64,000 nt of DNA, taken from Penicillus capitatus (taxonomy: Eukaryota > Plantae > Chlorophyta). The stretch is taken from contig OZ287699.1 of assembly GCA_965649825.1 (NCBI GenBank), positions 434,001-498,000 of the forward strand, written 5' to 3'. Made by a program: the position numbers and the translations under genes. This document shows positions 9,965 to 21,613 of the stretch, piece by piece; position 1 is the stretch's first letter; the number at the start of each line of letters is the position of its first letter. The notes under the pieces are model-generated. The model did no database searches and was not told where the DNA came from. It was given only the letters and a program-made list of their open reading frames with translations.

Positions 9965-10989
9965 GCAGGTCCGTTAAAAAAAGCCCGCGAGGAGATTGTC
10001 CTGCGACAACACCTTTGGGAAGTCCTTCTACAGCAATCATCGGCAAGGCGTGGATTGCAAAGACTGTTCGAACAATAATTGTAAGAATTTATGCAATTCG
10101 TTGGACAGCTGCACGAAGGTGGATAGCTGTCCACTAACACTGTTTACTCTCTTCGGTGTCCGTCGATAATGATGACTCCGGACGTCGTAAAACGTTTTGT
10201 CGCCGTAATGAACAATAGATATCGCTTTAAAGCACATTCTCGCTGCAGCAAAGACAATGACGCCGTCTGACCCATCGCAACGGAGGACCGATAGGGCAAG
10301 CGCGGTCGTAATTCAGAGGCGCGTCAACGAACGGTTTATCTTTAACTAAATCACGTCGTTTGTGTGGGGCAGCAGTCACGTCATGTCACGTCCATTATCG
10401 TAAGGAGAACCGCAACTGTCCGTGTCAACAGCGGCAAGAACGTTGTTTTAAAACAGTTGCACAAGTTTCAGTTTGTTCTGCGTCTGTATCATCGAACTTC
10501 GAAGACCCTTGTACCCAGACGGTTGCATCGAGGAGACGCCGAACACGATTGCCTCGATGCAAGGACTTGTTCCATCGCGAGCAAAGCAAGTCGTCCACAA
10601 CATCCACATCTTGGATAGCAACGAAACTCCGAATGCAAGAACTCCTGAACTGCTGGTTCGATCGTGCAGTTCAAATGTATTTGGGACTGACTACTGGCTT
10701 CGCAATAATCTGCACCGAGAATACCGTACTTGTGCAGCAAACAGTCAGATGTCCTGCTCTTGTTTCCTTGCTTCTTTCTCCCGCCATTCGAGGCATCTAA
10801 GTTTGGTACGCATCTCAGCAACGTGTTTATATCACCCAGCACACGGGGCACATCTCCTAGCGCTCATCCTTTTTCGCCGAGCGCAGTCGCCCACTCGGTG
10901 CGCTAACCGAAAGAGCCGGCAGCGGAAGCGGTGATGATGCGACAGGAGACTCTTTGTTGGGTCGGTCGCACGCATTCGCAATGGCGGTG

Positions 10990-11205
10990 CGTTACCTCCA
11001 AACACTCGTGCCATGAGCTGGAGTCCCACGCGGACACCCACGATTGGAATTTCTGGTCCGAGTTCTTTGACGACATCCATCGATGCCACCGAATCTTAAG
11101 GTCGGCCCAATCATGCTGATCGCGCTCATGCAGAAGTAGCTGCTAGGGAATTCTCAGCGAAATCAGGTCTGGAAGAGATAAGGATTCCACGCGGTTTCAT
11201 TTTCT
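10990..11205 (-). pseudogene. Anthranilate synthase beta subunit / class I glutamine amidotransferase fragment
   Basis: KPRGILISSRP and DSVASMDVVKELGPEIPIVGVRVGLQLMARVFG resemble the plant ASB motifs PRGVLISPGPG and DSGIS...ELGP..PLFGVCMGLQ. The nucleophile Cys position is Arg and the flanks are degenerate. Confidence 0.65.
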
Positions 11206-11285
11206 CGATCTCGCTGGCTGATATTGCAGTCCCCTTCGATCGTATAGCCCTTCAATGCAGTCTGTGTCGATCGATCGACCGACTG

Positions 11286-11440
11286 GAGAGCGTTTCGAAT
11301 GCCGATCGGTAGACTCGAGAGCGTTTCGAATGCCGATCGGTAGACTCGAGAGCGTTTCGAATGCCGATCGGTAGACTCGAGAGCGTTTCGAATGCCGATC
11401 GGTAGACTCGAGAGCGTTTCGAATGCCGATCGGTAGACTC
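11286..11440. repeat. Minisatellite, 5 exact copies of 31-bp GAGAGCGTTTCGAATGCCGATCGGTAGACTC
   Basis: Direct count; head-to-tail with no spacers. Confidence 0.97.
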
Positions 11441-11854
11441 CCATCGATTTGCATTGTCATAAGGAGTCGACTCGCCAAGGGAGTGATCTGCGTCGTACAG
11501 CGTCATGATGATAAATACACAATTAGTCGGATCGATTTTGATAACGGTAAACAAGGATTCGTGGTAGCTTGATTTCGACGCATCGATGCATTTGTTTAAC
11601 GTATCGTTCAACGACACTGCGGCGGCGAGCTGCAGGAAGAGCTGTCCTGATTCATCAATGGTTTTTAACACTATTCAAGCGGCGATCGAATCGACAGGCG
11701 TTGCTCGAGACGACATCACCGACAGCAGCAGGACCTCTGGTAGGCCGCGGACGATGATGATCGATGGCTGCTGCCGTTCGATCGGAAACGATCGAGCTCC
11801 AATAGCAGAGACATGGCGATTGATTCCTATGGCTCCTAAAACAAACTTATTGAT

Positions 11855-11887
11855 ATCCGATCCGATCCGATCCGATCCGATCCGATC
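11855..11887. repeat. (ATCCG)n pentanucleotide microsatellite
   Basis: About 6 tandem copies seen directly. Confidence 0.9.
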
Positions 11888-13029
11888 GCCCAATCACTCA
11901 AAGTTTCAAAATCCTCGCACCTTTGATACGCCTGTGCTGGGCACGAAGCTGATCCTACGGTTCGCTTCCTATCATGTCCGGCGCGATCTCCGGGTATGTA
12001 TTGACGTGTGTCGACGTACTTGTAGATGCTGTCGCAGGTCGGGTCGGACGAAAAGATTCACAGCGGAAGACTTCTTTGTTGTTTACAGAGCAAGGTCAGA
12101 TAAGGTTTAAACTGTTCATTATATACTCGCATGGTGACGTAACCCTTCTAGAATGGTGAGTCAGCTCGTGTTCAGGGCCAAAGAAAGACGTCCCAAGACG
12201 CAGTTGACAAGACAGGCAGCGCCCCCTCGCACGGCTGACCCCCACAGAACAAGGCAGTGTCACATCGCTCGGCGACAGATGCATCCATTTTTTAAAAAGG
12301 AGCGATCGACCCGACGCTGAGCTTCGAGGCAACGCGGAAAGTTAGACGACAGAGTGCGCGAACAAAAACAATTGCATTGCGTCAGACGCGCAATGTACGC
12401 GTCCGACGCGACAGATGAGAGGAGTCCCATCGTCGACGCGACGTTTGCATTCTCGCGCGACCCACACTTACTGTGATCCTATCATCTGCCGAATGATCGA
12501 GACGATTGATTATTGTGGTTTGATTTTCGACTGCGTTCTGACCGGTTTTGTGTGCGTCTAACGTTTGCGACGAAGACCAACGGCTTCCGCCAACAGCTTC
12601 TGTCGACGCTTACCAAAGCGAGATTGCATAGAGTCTTCTCATCGACACGCACGTCCCCGTTGTCGAAGCGTACGCTTTCCTCACCGCTTTTCGCGGTTTA
12701 TCGCCGCCGTCCCTTGCTTTAGCCTCGACATGGAACGTGCACTACTCAAGAACCTTGGACGAGACGTCGCCGATGTGAAAATATGGCGCCATTCGGGCGG
12801 AACGTTGTCACGCACTCGGTCAATCGAACGGGTTGGGAGGCGGTCGATGACGAAGGCTTATCGCTTACAGAAGACTGTCAGACAAATGAAGGGTCGAGGT
12901 TAAATACCCGAGGAACGAAGTAACAGGTCACATCAAGTGTTCCTGGGACACTCGTTGGTCCACTGCGCGGAGCTCGGCATTACGTAACTGTGACAAACGT
13001 CGATTGAACATGACTGTAATTAGTGGCAT

Positions 13030-13860
13030 TTGTTTGCCGCTTATCGTTTTTTGCGCCACTTGTTGCGCGACGACAAGGACCGAGAACTACTGGCGGGTTT
13101 CACGTCAAAGTTCTTTACAACCTTCTGGAATCTCCTTGGAAACTCGCTCTTGAACTTCGCGGCGTCTTCCTACGTTGTCTTGTCGGTCCCGTCACCGGAG
13201 GAGTACACCATCGAGAGCTGGATGCGTGAATCATCTTTCGGTTCACAACGGAGTTTACGCTTGTGTGCATGCAAACGTTGTTCAAACCATCTGTTGTCCA
13301 TCGCTGCCGCAACAACTTGTCGCACTTGGCTGCACCTTTGCGTCGGTCTTCGTCATCCTCCCTGCTTTGTTCATCTTACCTCAAGACTTCCGCTGCGCTT
13401 GTGAGATGAGTCAACCCAGAGACGGGTATGGTTCCCACTCTCCCGCTCCCCGGGGAGGTCTCACCAGACGCCACAGCGGGGGAGAGATTCGTGTCCGCGC
13501 CGAGGACATCTTGGGGGTCGCGGCGGGTGAGGGAGCCGACAAGCAATCTTCTCAGCCTGCATCCGGAATGGGCCTTCGCTTCCGTGCCCAGACGAGAGTG
13601 TGTGTTCACCTTCTACGCCACACAAGCGTACGCTCGAGCGGTCATCCCCGGTGATCGCGTAATGCTGCCGTTGGTTGTGTCACTGGTCGTAGGCCCGCAG
13701 CAACGCGTGATGAAGGTCTCGCCGTAACAAGTCACGGGGAATGGCGTTCGTGGTATTCTTCCGATCTCCCAGCCCACCGGATTGATCGTTGGAGCGACCC
13801 TTTTCGACAAAGGAATCATCACGACGACCATACGGAATGCGACACACGTGCGGCCAACAG
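13030..13860 (+). mobile_element. Decayed, internally deleted Ty3/gypsy relic related to element 1
   Basis: AYARAVIPGDRVMLPLVVSLVVGPQQRVMKVSP*QVTGNGVRGILPISQPTGLIVGATLFDKGIITTTIRN aligns with element 1 AARVAVVGNRAHLPLGRSTVMGPKETKILVLPFNVVGDGIQGVLPVLQVRNLLASVSLSNEGTVRVQIYN. There is an internal TAA, and no LTR or RT was found. Confidence 0.6.
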
Positions 13861-14194
13861 AAGTGCGAAAGCGTGTTCGAAATGACGTCAAGCAACAGCC
13901 TAAGCGCCTCAAGTCTTCATGGCCTCGAACGATCACGCCACGATCCTACATGATTTCATTCTTTTCAAACGTGCTATGTGCGAAAGAGGTACTCTCGCTC
14001 CGATCGCATAGCCGCTTTGCGGATGCGTCGCCAGATCGCATCATACGAGACGCGCACACCGTCCAAGCCGCTTCGAAATCGCGACGAGATCTCTTTCTCG
14101 CTTTGCCCCTTCAGATGAAAAGACCTGTCTGGCGTTGCATTGTCTAGGCAATGTGAATGGCTTAGTCGTTTACCAACCGTTCGATACGTGTTCG

Positions 14195-15202
14195 ATGACC
14201 GAGTCATTCCTTCCACTCCAAGACTTGGCGACGTTCTTCAAGGCATGGAATGCAGATTTCTGCATATTCTTGCACTGTTGCTGGGCTGCGTCTCAAGCAA
14301 AGCAGTTCAGAGGTTACTTTCTCCTTCACTTTTGGGTATGTCTTCTCTCGATTTCATTCCCTTTAAAAAGCAACACAAAACCAGATGACGTATCTATGTG
14401 GATTTGGCGGCGCGCTTGTTACCTCCATTCTCTTTATGGTACTGCCGTTTGCTTCGTTACCCTCTTGATACAGTGGATGTCGACAGAGACCTGAAGAAAG
14501 CAACATCCTGATCTTGGGAAAGAATCGACATGCACTGACATGGATTCTTGCTTGGTTATCCATTCATCGTTTCTTCCTGCTATGTTCATTCCTGATAGGT
14601 GGTCTATGAACTACTTTCCGTTTGGTTTGGTCGAAAGATGCATGAAGATCAAGCCAGTGTGGGTGATCGTCACTGTAGGATCGGCATTCTGTCGTGCGAC
14701 GATGATCGCCTCGAGGGTCACTCGCTATAAAACTCCTCCCTCCTTCTGATGTTATGTCTTGCAGGTTAACCTCTCTGTCAAGTTCTTCCCAGGAAATCAT
14801 GTTGCCCCGGTGGTCATGGCCACCATGACGAGCATGTCTGGTAAATTTCTGTTACAGATCATTGCTCGCTGTTTCGTACCACACTCTCAACCCAATGAAC
14901 TCGAACAGCCCAGTTTCGTTTGGTGGTCTGGATTTCAGTGTGCCCTGTTTTATTACCTCGTCGCATATCTCCTACCATTGATCCACCCATCTGAAGCTTG
15001 GGCGTTGATCTGTTTGGTGTTGATCTCCCATGCCATTGTCCTAAACGCGACTGGCTACAACATCGATTTCACTGTTCCTTTCAGAACTTTCGTCGTCTTC
15101 GTTGCTAGACTTTCCTCTTTTCAAACGCCACTGACAGGGAAGGTTCAATCATCAAATGTTGATCCGTCCGAAGATGGAAAGCAGTCTAAGAAAAATAAAT
15201 GA
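14195..15202 (+). CDS. TRIC (TMEM38-like trimeric intracellular cation channel) family protein, paralog A, multi-exon
   Basis: Exons read MTESFLPLQDLATFFKAW..., YLCGFGGALVTSILF, WSMNYFPF, FCRATMIASRV, FFPGNHVAPVVMATMTSMSGKFL and several TM segments. These fit the TRIC FGGG / YxP / R / P...G motifs. Confidence 0.7.
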
Positions 15203-15223
15203 AAGACTCCTTTACAATGAGGT

Positions 15224-16330
15224 TTAAGGAATACAGAGCCGACGAATTCTCTCCAAATCCCTTTCACTCGGAGATTCTTTGGGTGTAACCTTAATTTCGA
15301 AGACTAATGGCCACCATTTGCCAGTAACAAAGAGTCGATCATTCTCGGCGTCGTATGCGATACCTACAATGCGATCGCGTCATCTCCACATAACACGGTC
15401 GATGCGAAAATGCGCCAACCGTTCAAAACATCCATCTTCCACGTAGGAGTCTGCGTTTCTTTGGCTGCTTCTTTTTTTAGTCCGTGAAACAGAACCCATC
15501 CATGAACCAAACCGTCTTCAGGATCTATGATGGCAACACAGTCTTTCTGCCACACATTGGACCATACCATTCCATCTATGTATTCCAACTGAAAAGCAGA
15601 ACATGCATGGATGGGTATGGATGGAGAAAGACACTGTGAGCGCAGACCTCATTGAGGTCCTGTACTTCGCGACCTCCATCCGTGACAGTTTTCTGGCGAT
15701 GCAGTTGAAATGTCTTGGGGTCAATCCAGTACAACACACTGCCACTGTCTGTCATGATGAGATATTCTTCATCGGTCGTGAGACCCCAACCATCCTTGAG
15801 TGGCGTATACCGAACATCGATCTAAAACCACGTGCAGGCAAATCGAATACATTGCCTGATTGACTGTTTACTTCAGTCAGATTTTCATTGTAGACGAAAA
15901 CAGATGGTGTTCGCCACGTGAGCTGATAGACGTGCTCTCCAAACCGAGTCGACCCTTCTCCAAAAAATCTTCGAAGAATCAAATCGTCCGTCCATGAGAA
16001 ATACGGATGGGTACTTGCTGTCCAAAGACGTCATGTTCACGATCTCGCCGCTCTCCACGATCGATCTTCTTACCGATGATTCTCCATAGAGTCCTGACAT
16101 GCACAATAACATCAAAAACGAGGGCCTACTATCTATTACCTGTAGATTCGAGAAAAACATCCAAACAACGACGTTCTGCATTCTCATCGCCACACAGCCG
16201 TTCGAATTGGAAACCTGAGCCAGACGCTGCGCATTTGCATCTTTATGCATATGGTCTACCTTGTGTAAAAGCAGAAGGGTCGTGTGGAAAGCGATTCACC
16301 ACTTCGTACGTATACACGACTGGCGGTTTC
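15224..16330 (-). CDS. Plant/bacterial-type glutaminyl-peptide cyclotransferase, paralog A (5' end not fixed)
   Basis: YEVVNRFPHDPSAFTQG, SGLYGESSVRR, FGEG, YQLTW, DGWGLT, MTDSGS, DLNE, EYIDGMVWSNVWQKDC, VLNG, IAYD and LFVTGKWWP. Confidence 0.88.
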
Positions 16331-16499
16331 AGTTTTTTGCTCGGAATTCGCCACCTATTCTCTGTCTTTAGAGGCTGCTGTGTGTTGATAGCTGGTATAC
16401 TGCTCCCTGAACTCTGGAACAGTAAAAGCAGAACGACCTATACGACATATGAAACCGAGCACTGTGAGCAGTTGGATACTTCACCAAGGTTATGACCAA

Positions 16500-18257
16500 T
16501 GCCACAGCATTCCTGAGTATTTTGTTTCTTTTAGATGGTCTTGGGTTGGGAACAGCGTCATACTGCGTGGGGACTGCCAGACGTTTCTGAGACTTCATTC
16601 TCTGGCGTGATAGCATTTGTGCGCGTTTTAATAATCGCGCTATCTTGTGATTTGATCTCGACTGCATATATCAAAGGGACTCGTCCCGAGTGAGGTAATG
16701 CTTCGCGCTTTGAGGGCATTTGACAAATCGGAAGATGGGGTCCGGCGTTTCTTCGAGCATTTTGGTCCGGGAAGCGATGCGACTGGGAGATATCGTGCGA
16801 TTGCTGCCCCTCTGCCTTTGGCTGAATTTGCAGAGGGTCGCAGCCGTAGCGACGATGTCCATTACTGGTTTTGCACTCAGAAACGCGGGTGGTTTGGTCG
16901 CTATGAGGTGCTGTGTGATTTTCAAAAGTTGCTGTCATGTTATCATGTTTGCTGCAGTGTCATCTCAATTCCTGCTTTCTCGACACTTATCCTAAAGAAT
17001 TCTGCACTTATGAGTTCGAAATGGCTGATTGCATGTGGTCAGGCCATTCAGATCAGTGATCCTGCTTGAGCCTTTCTTCGTTTAGGCAACTGAAGCTTGT
17101 TACCCGGCGCAATGGACAGATTTCTAGTTATCTTGTATCGAAAAACAAAGCCCGTGTCGACGCGCACTTTAGCATTACTCTGGTCCATAGACTTGACTCG
17201 AGGAAGAATATTGTATTAGGTGATGCGAAACACCGATTTCTCTGCAAAGACGGATACTGTGGCTTAGGGTCCAGAGACACTTTTGAACCGGATGGCGTTC
17301 TAGGCTTTTCGAACTTTACAACGATTTTTGACATCAAGCCATACGATTCTGGGTTTGTTCGAAGAGAATCCATCGTTTTGCAAGTCGACATCCGGCGAAA
17401 TTTGCCGGAGAATGAAGATTTCTCTGTCCTCTGTCGGGGAAGGTCATGCACCTGTACGGTGCGTCCGGCTACCCACTGCCTTTTGACACATGGCATCACA
17501 TCTCTGTGTTTCGCAGTGGAAACTGTTGAATGCGTTGGAGTGTAGTCCATACGCATTAAAGAGCAAGGAATTCCGCATCGGTCCATCGACATGGTAGTCG
17601 TGCTGATACATGTTCGGAAAGAGCATCTGTTGTTAGGTATTTATCGTTTTTACCCAATGGGAGCATCGAAGATCGGCAACACTGTGAAGCTTATGTCTAC
17701 TGCACGAACGCCGTCTATCTGCAGGCAAAGTTTCGTCTTACCGTTCAGAACCATCGCTCTCACCGACGAGACCGTTCATCAGGTTTGGGCCTCTGTGGAG
17801 ATTTTTCCGACTCTGACGCCTTTTCCTGCAGAGCTCGTGCATGATTTCCGACAGGGGCTGGATTCTCAAGGCTGGTCTCAATTCATGCCGAAAAGGATGC
17901 TTCAAAACTGGAAGCTCGGTTATTTGGAAGATGGTTGGATGACACTGACAGCTCACATGTCCATTTACGACAGTCTATGTCCTATGCCATTGCTATCGAA
18001 TGAAAGTCTCGGCATTAGTAGTCCACTTGAAGAAACACCAAAATGTGTTGTCTGTCTCGACAAAGAGCCGACTGCTGGATTTGTTCACGGAAAGACGTAA
18101 GGCGTTTTGTGTGGCCTCCACGACAGACCGTGAATGTTTTGTGTTTAGAACCCACAAATGCGTTTGTGCACAGTGTTGTGAAATACTGTTTCGTCATAAA
18201 CGAAAGTGTCCAGTTTGTGCACAAGAAGTAGATTCTATTATCACAGGCTATTACTGA
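16500..18257 (+). CDS. MATH-MATH-RING protein, paralog A (start approximate)
   Basis: MATH-like ISSYLVS...VDAHFSITLV...GFSNF...GFVRRESIVLQVDI and QGWSQFM...GYLEDGWMTLTAHM. C-terminal CVVCLDK...FVHGKT-HKCVCAQCC...CPVC is an Mdm2-type RING. Confidence 0.75.
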
Positions 18258-18527
18258 GGAACGATCTGAGAAGTTACACATACCACAAGATTGTTGCTGG
18301 GGTTTATCTTCGTATTTCGTTTGGTTGCGAAGAACGCATGAGAATTTTGGATAAAGATATGATGAGTTGACGACTTGGGAAATGATGCTCGCTGAGAGGG
18401 AACTTAACGTATGATCTCTGACGAATTTGCGCTGTGTGTGAAAATGAGACGCGTCTTATTTTACATGATAACGCATCTATACGGCGTCTCTCTGTGACAA
18501 GCTAGACACCGTTGGCGACATCTCGCA

Positions 18528-20188
18528 ATGGGAAAAGCGGAGAAGTACATTCGATTCCTATCTCCAACGGCATAACTCTCGAAGCACCGGATTGCAGATT
18601 AAAAGAGATAGAGCTCGAAATCAGCCGAACGCAGAAAAACAAAGTACTGCGCTGTCCGTCCGCGGTCGGCCTCTCCCTTAGCTGACGAACGGTTCTTAGG
18701 CAACAGAATATCATTTGGGTCAGCTCAAGGCAAAACAAGCCAAGCTTAGAAAAGAACTTCAGGAACCATCCAAGGTATGGATGCCTCTTGTCAAGAGAGT
18801 TCAGATCTTGCGTTTCAGGGAGCAGGTGGACCGTCAGAAGGTTTTGCTGTCGCCCGTTACGGTGCCGGTTCAGTTGCCTTAATCGGTTCGTTCGTGCGTT
18901 CTCGGCTGTGGTGCCACTCCTGTACACGACAGGATTTCCATCTGTTGGCAAATCCACACTGCTGACACTGTTGACTGGAACCGACTCAGAATCTGCCGAA
19001 TACGCCTTTACGACGCTTACATGCATTCCTGGCGTCATTCATTACAATGACGCTAAGATACAGTTGCTCGATTTGCCGGGTATCATCGAGGGAGCTGCCG
19101 AAGGAAAGGGTCGCGGGAGACAAGTTCAGCAGCTTCGCTTCATCTCATCTGCTCCATGCATTGCTGCTTAGGTCATTGCTGTGTGTAAAAGCTCGGATCT
19201 GCTGCTGATGGTGTTGGACGCCACAAAACCTCACAGTCATAAAGATATCTTGACGAAGGAACTGGAAGCTGTGGGTGTGCGCTTGAACCGAGATCCGCCA
19301 GACGTCAAGATCACAATAAAGAAAACAGTAATCTTATCGGAATCGAACGAATCGCCGTCATCATCGATGGCGATTTTCAGGGTGGAGTCCTCTTTAATGC
19401 CACGGTGCCCCTGAGTCATATGGACGAAAAAATGGCCATGACGATTCTGAGCGCTTACAAGATTCACAATGCAGACGTCTTGATCCGAGAGGACATCACC
19501 GTGGACGATTTCATAGATGCCCTCGAGGCGCTCCAACTTCAAAAAATGGCGGCGTTTCGGAGAATGTGTGTCTAGGGTGATCGGCGTTATCTCAAATGCC
19601 TTTATGTGTATAACAAGACCGATATGTGCTGCATTGAGGAAGTGGATGCCATCGCACGGATGGAGAATTCCATACCCATCTCTTGCCAGCTGCGACTAAA
19701 TCTGGAAGGACTGCTGGAGAAGATATGGGAAATGATGGCCCTCGTCAGGCAATGGTTGACCACCATCCGATGCACATCTTTTTGTTTAGGTGCGCGTCTA
19801 TACGAAGAAGCCGAATTCCCCTCCGGACTTCGAAGACCCCGTCGTGTTGTCCGAAGATCGAGGCGGCGTCACCATCAAATCTCTGTGCGGGCAAATTCAC
19901 AAAGATCTTGAGAAACGTCTAAAGTATGCACGTGTCTGGGGCAGAAGCGCCAAGCACAATCCTCAAGTGTAAGTAAGCTGGCTGATAAGAGCCATCATCA
20001 TAAACGACATCACCTCCTTCTGTGGATGTAGGGTGGGATCTTCGCATACGTTGATGGACGAGGATGTCGTACAGATCGTCAAGAATAACAAAGCAGCTGG
20101 GGACAAAGCTCGAGGACGATTCCGGACGACATCCAATGCGCCACTCCGCATTGCCGATCGCGAAAAGAAACCGCCGCTCAAGACCTGA
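18528..20188 (+). CDS. DRG: Developmentally regulated GTP-binding protein (DRG/OBG family), multi-exon
   Basis: [82 protein letters not shown] region [14 protein letters not shown], ending REKKPPLKT*. Confidence 0.95.
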
Positions 20189-21464
20189 TCGTCGCCGATG
20201 ACGTCCGCGGTGCTCCGGCTGTCACATCACTCGAAGCGTCACGACCCGGAATCGTGCGCTTTGCTCGCTGTCCATTGTGTGGCATTTCTTGCGTTTGTAG
20301 TGAACCACGTCTTTGTTAGTTGTCGGGAAGAAATCGTATCAAGGCAATCGTGGGCTTTTCTGTTCATCTTCGGCATACGTTTCTTCTGCGATGCGTTGGG
20401 CATTGAGCTGAGTCGGACGCCGAGTGTACGGACTATGTGCGATTTGATGAAAGGGATTGTGTGTGCTCTGTGGGTCAGATGCTCTTCTTCGATCACACCT
20501 TTCTCGCATCCTATAACGAATCGGCGTCGACAGTAACGGGCGGTTATATGCGGAAATGCTAAAGGGCTTCAGAGTTGGCAATCTGGGCGTGGCGTCGATC
20601 GAATGACGGGTTGTTGCGGACTGATTCGTAAACGAAAGTTCGATTCAAATTCGTTGGCTCTGTCGAGTGCCGACGCTAACGAGGCAATTCCGGATGAGCC
20701 GAATAACGGTTTTCCTTTCTGTGCGATCTGCGATCTCGAGAGGTTAATCGAAACGCTACGATACTTATACCGACATCGCTTCTCGACAGTGCGTCTCGGC
20801 GAAATATCTCCGTGACTTTTAAGAAATCATTCAACGTGAGAACGGCAGGCAGGAATGGAGATAGTTGAGTGCCGCTCTTGGACACGAAGACGCCGTCGTG
20901 TTTCCAAACGATGTCGCATCGACTAGGCTTTCTAGACTGGGTTCTGCACAAACCGTATCTCGCTTTTTACCATCGAAACGTAGAGCGATTAAATGCTGCA
21001 GCTCCGCGGATCACTTAGATCTGTGCTGGCAATGCAAAGCGTGTGCGATAGGGTTGGCCTTTTTGGATGACGCCTGCTGGGTTTCTCTCGATCGTCTATT
21101 GGTATATAGACTCCGATGGATCGAATCCAGTTGGATGAAAGCATGCGGTGATCAAGTATTGCTTCGACAGGATGGGGCAGGATATCTCAGACTGGTACGA
21201 ATGCTCATCGAGAGTGAGACCTTTGGATTCTGCTGATCATGGCTATTGCATTTGCAAGTATGCCGACAAGACTTTTGATCCTAGGCGACACAGATCTTCA
21301 ATTTTACAACTCTAGTTTGAACCTTCCCTGTAACGTGTCTAGTAAAGAAGAGATCATGTAAATGAGTCTGTCGGCCATCAGAAACGCGGATTTGAAATCC
21401 GAATAGGTAAGAGAATAAACCGCGTTGGCCACAGGTAAGTACAAAGCTGAGAGGGGATGGATGC

Positions 21465-21613
21465 TGTGCTATTTGCACCGCGAACGCGAAAATCGCGGTG
21501 AAACACAAAACCCTAGCGAACTTTTTTAAAGGGACGCTCTGTCGTTTTTCGCGACAATTTATCTTCTATCATTATGTCCCATCCGTCTCTGTCGCGAGCG
21601 TCTGTCGCTCACA
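21465..21613 (-). repeat. 3' LTR of element 2
   Basis: Identical to 27727-27875 by direct comparison; TG...CA ends. Confidence 0.97.

Larger units (their letters stand above)
10634..14240 (+). repeat. Left arm of a high-identity inverted duplication (partner 43570-47173)
   Basis: Reverse complement matches 43570-47173 nearly base for base. In one about 220-nt sample near 12.1-12.3 kb I counted 3 differences. Mirrored ORF pairs include 12565-12903/44902-45240 and 13030-13404/44397-44777. Confidence 0.95.

Noticed and set aside
10640-10800. ORF tail QELLNCWFDRAV...SPAIRGI conserved in both arms as a functional exon
   Set aside because: Differences between the arms are mostly amino-acid changing, giving no sign of purifying selection in this frame.
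11286-11440. 31-bp repeats (and the 28-bp repeats at 45973-46090) as a CRISPR array
   Set aside because: The units are head-to-tail with no spacers, there are no cas genes, and the context is eukaryotic.
12100-12500. Possible snRNA or other ncRNA in the most conserved part of the inverted arms
   Set aside because: I recognise no U1/U2/U6/tRNA/rRNA motif; the high identity is explained by recent duplication or conversion.
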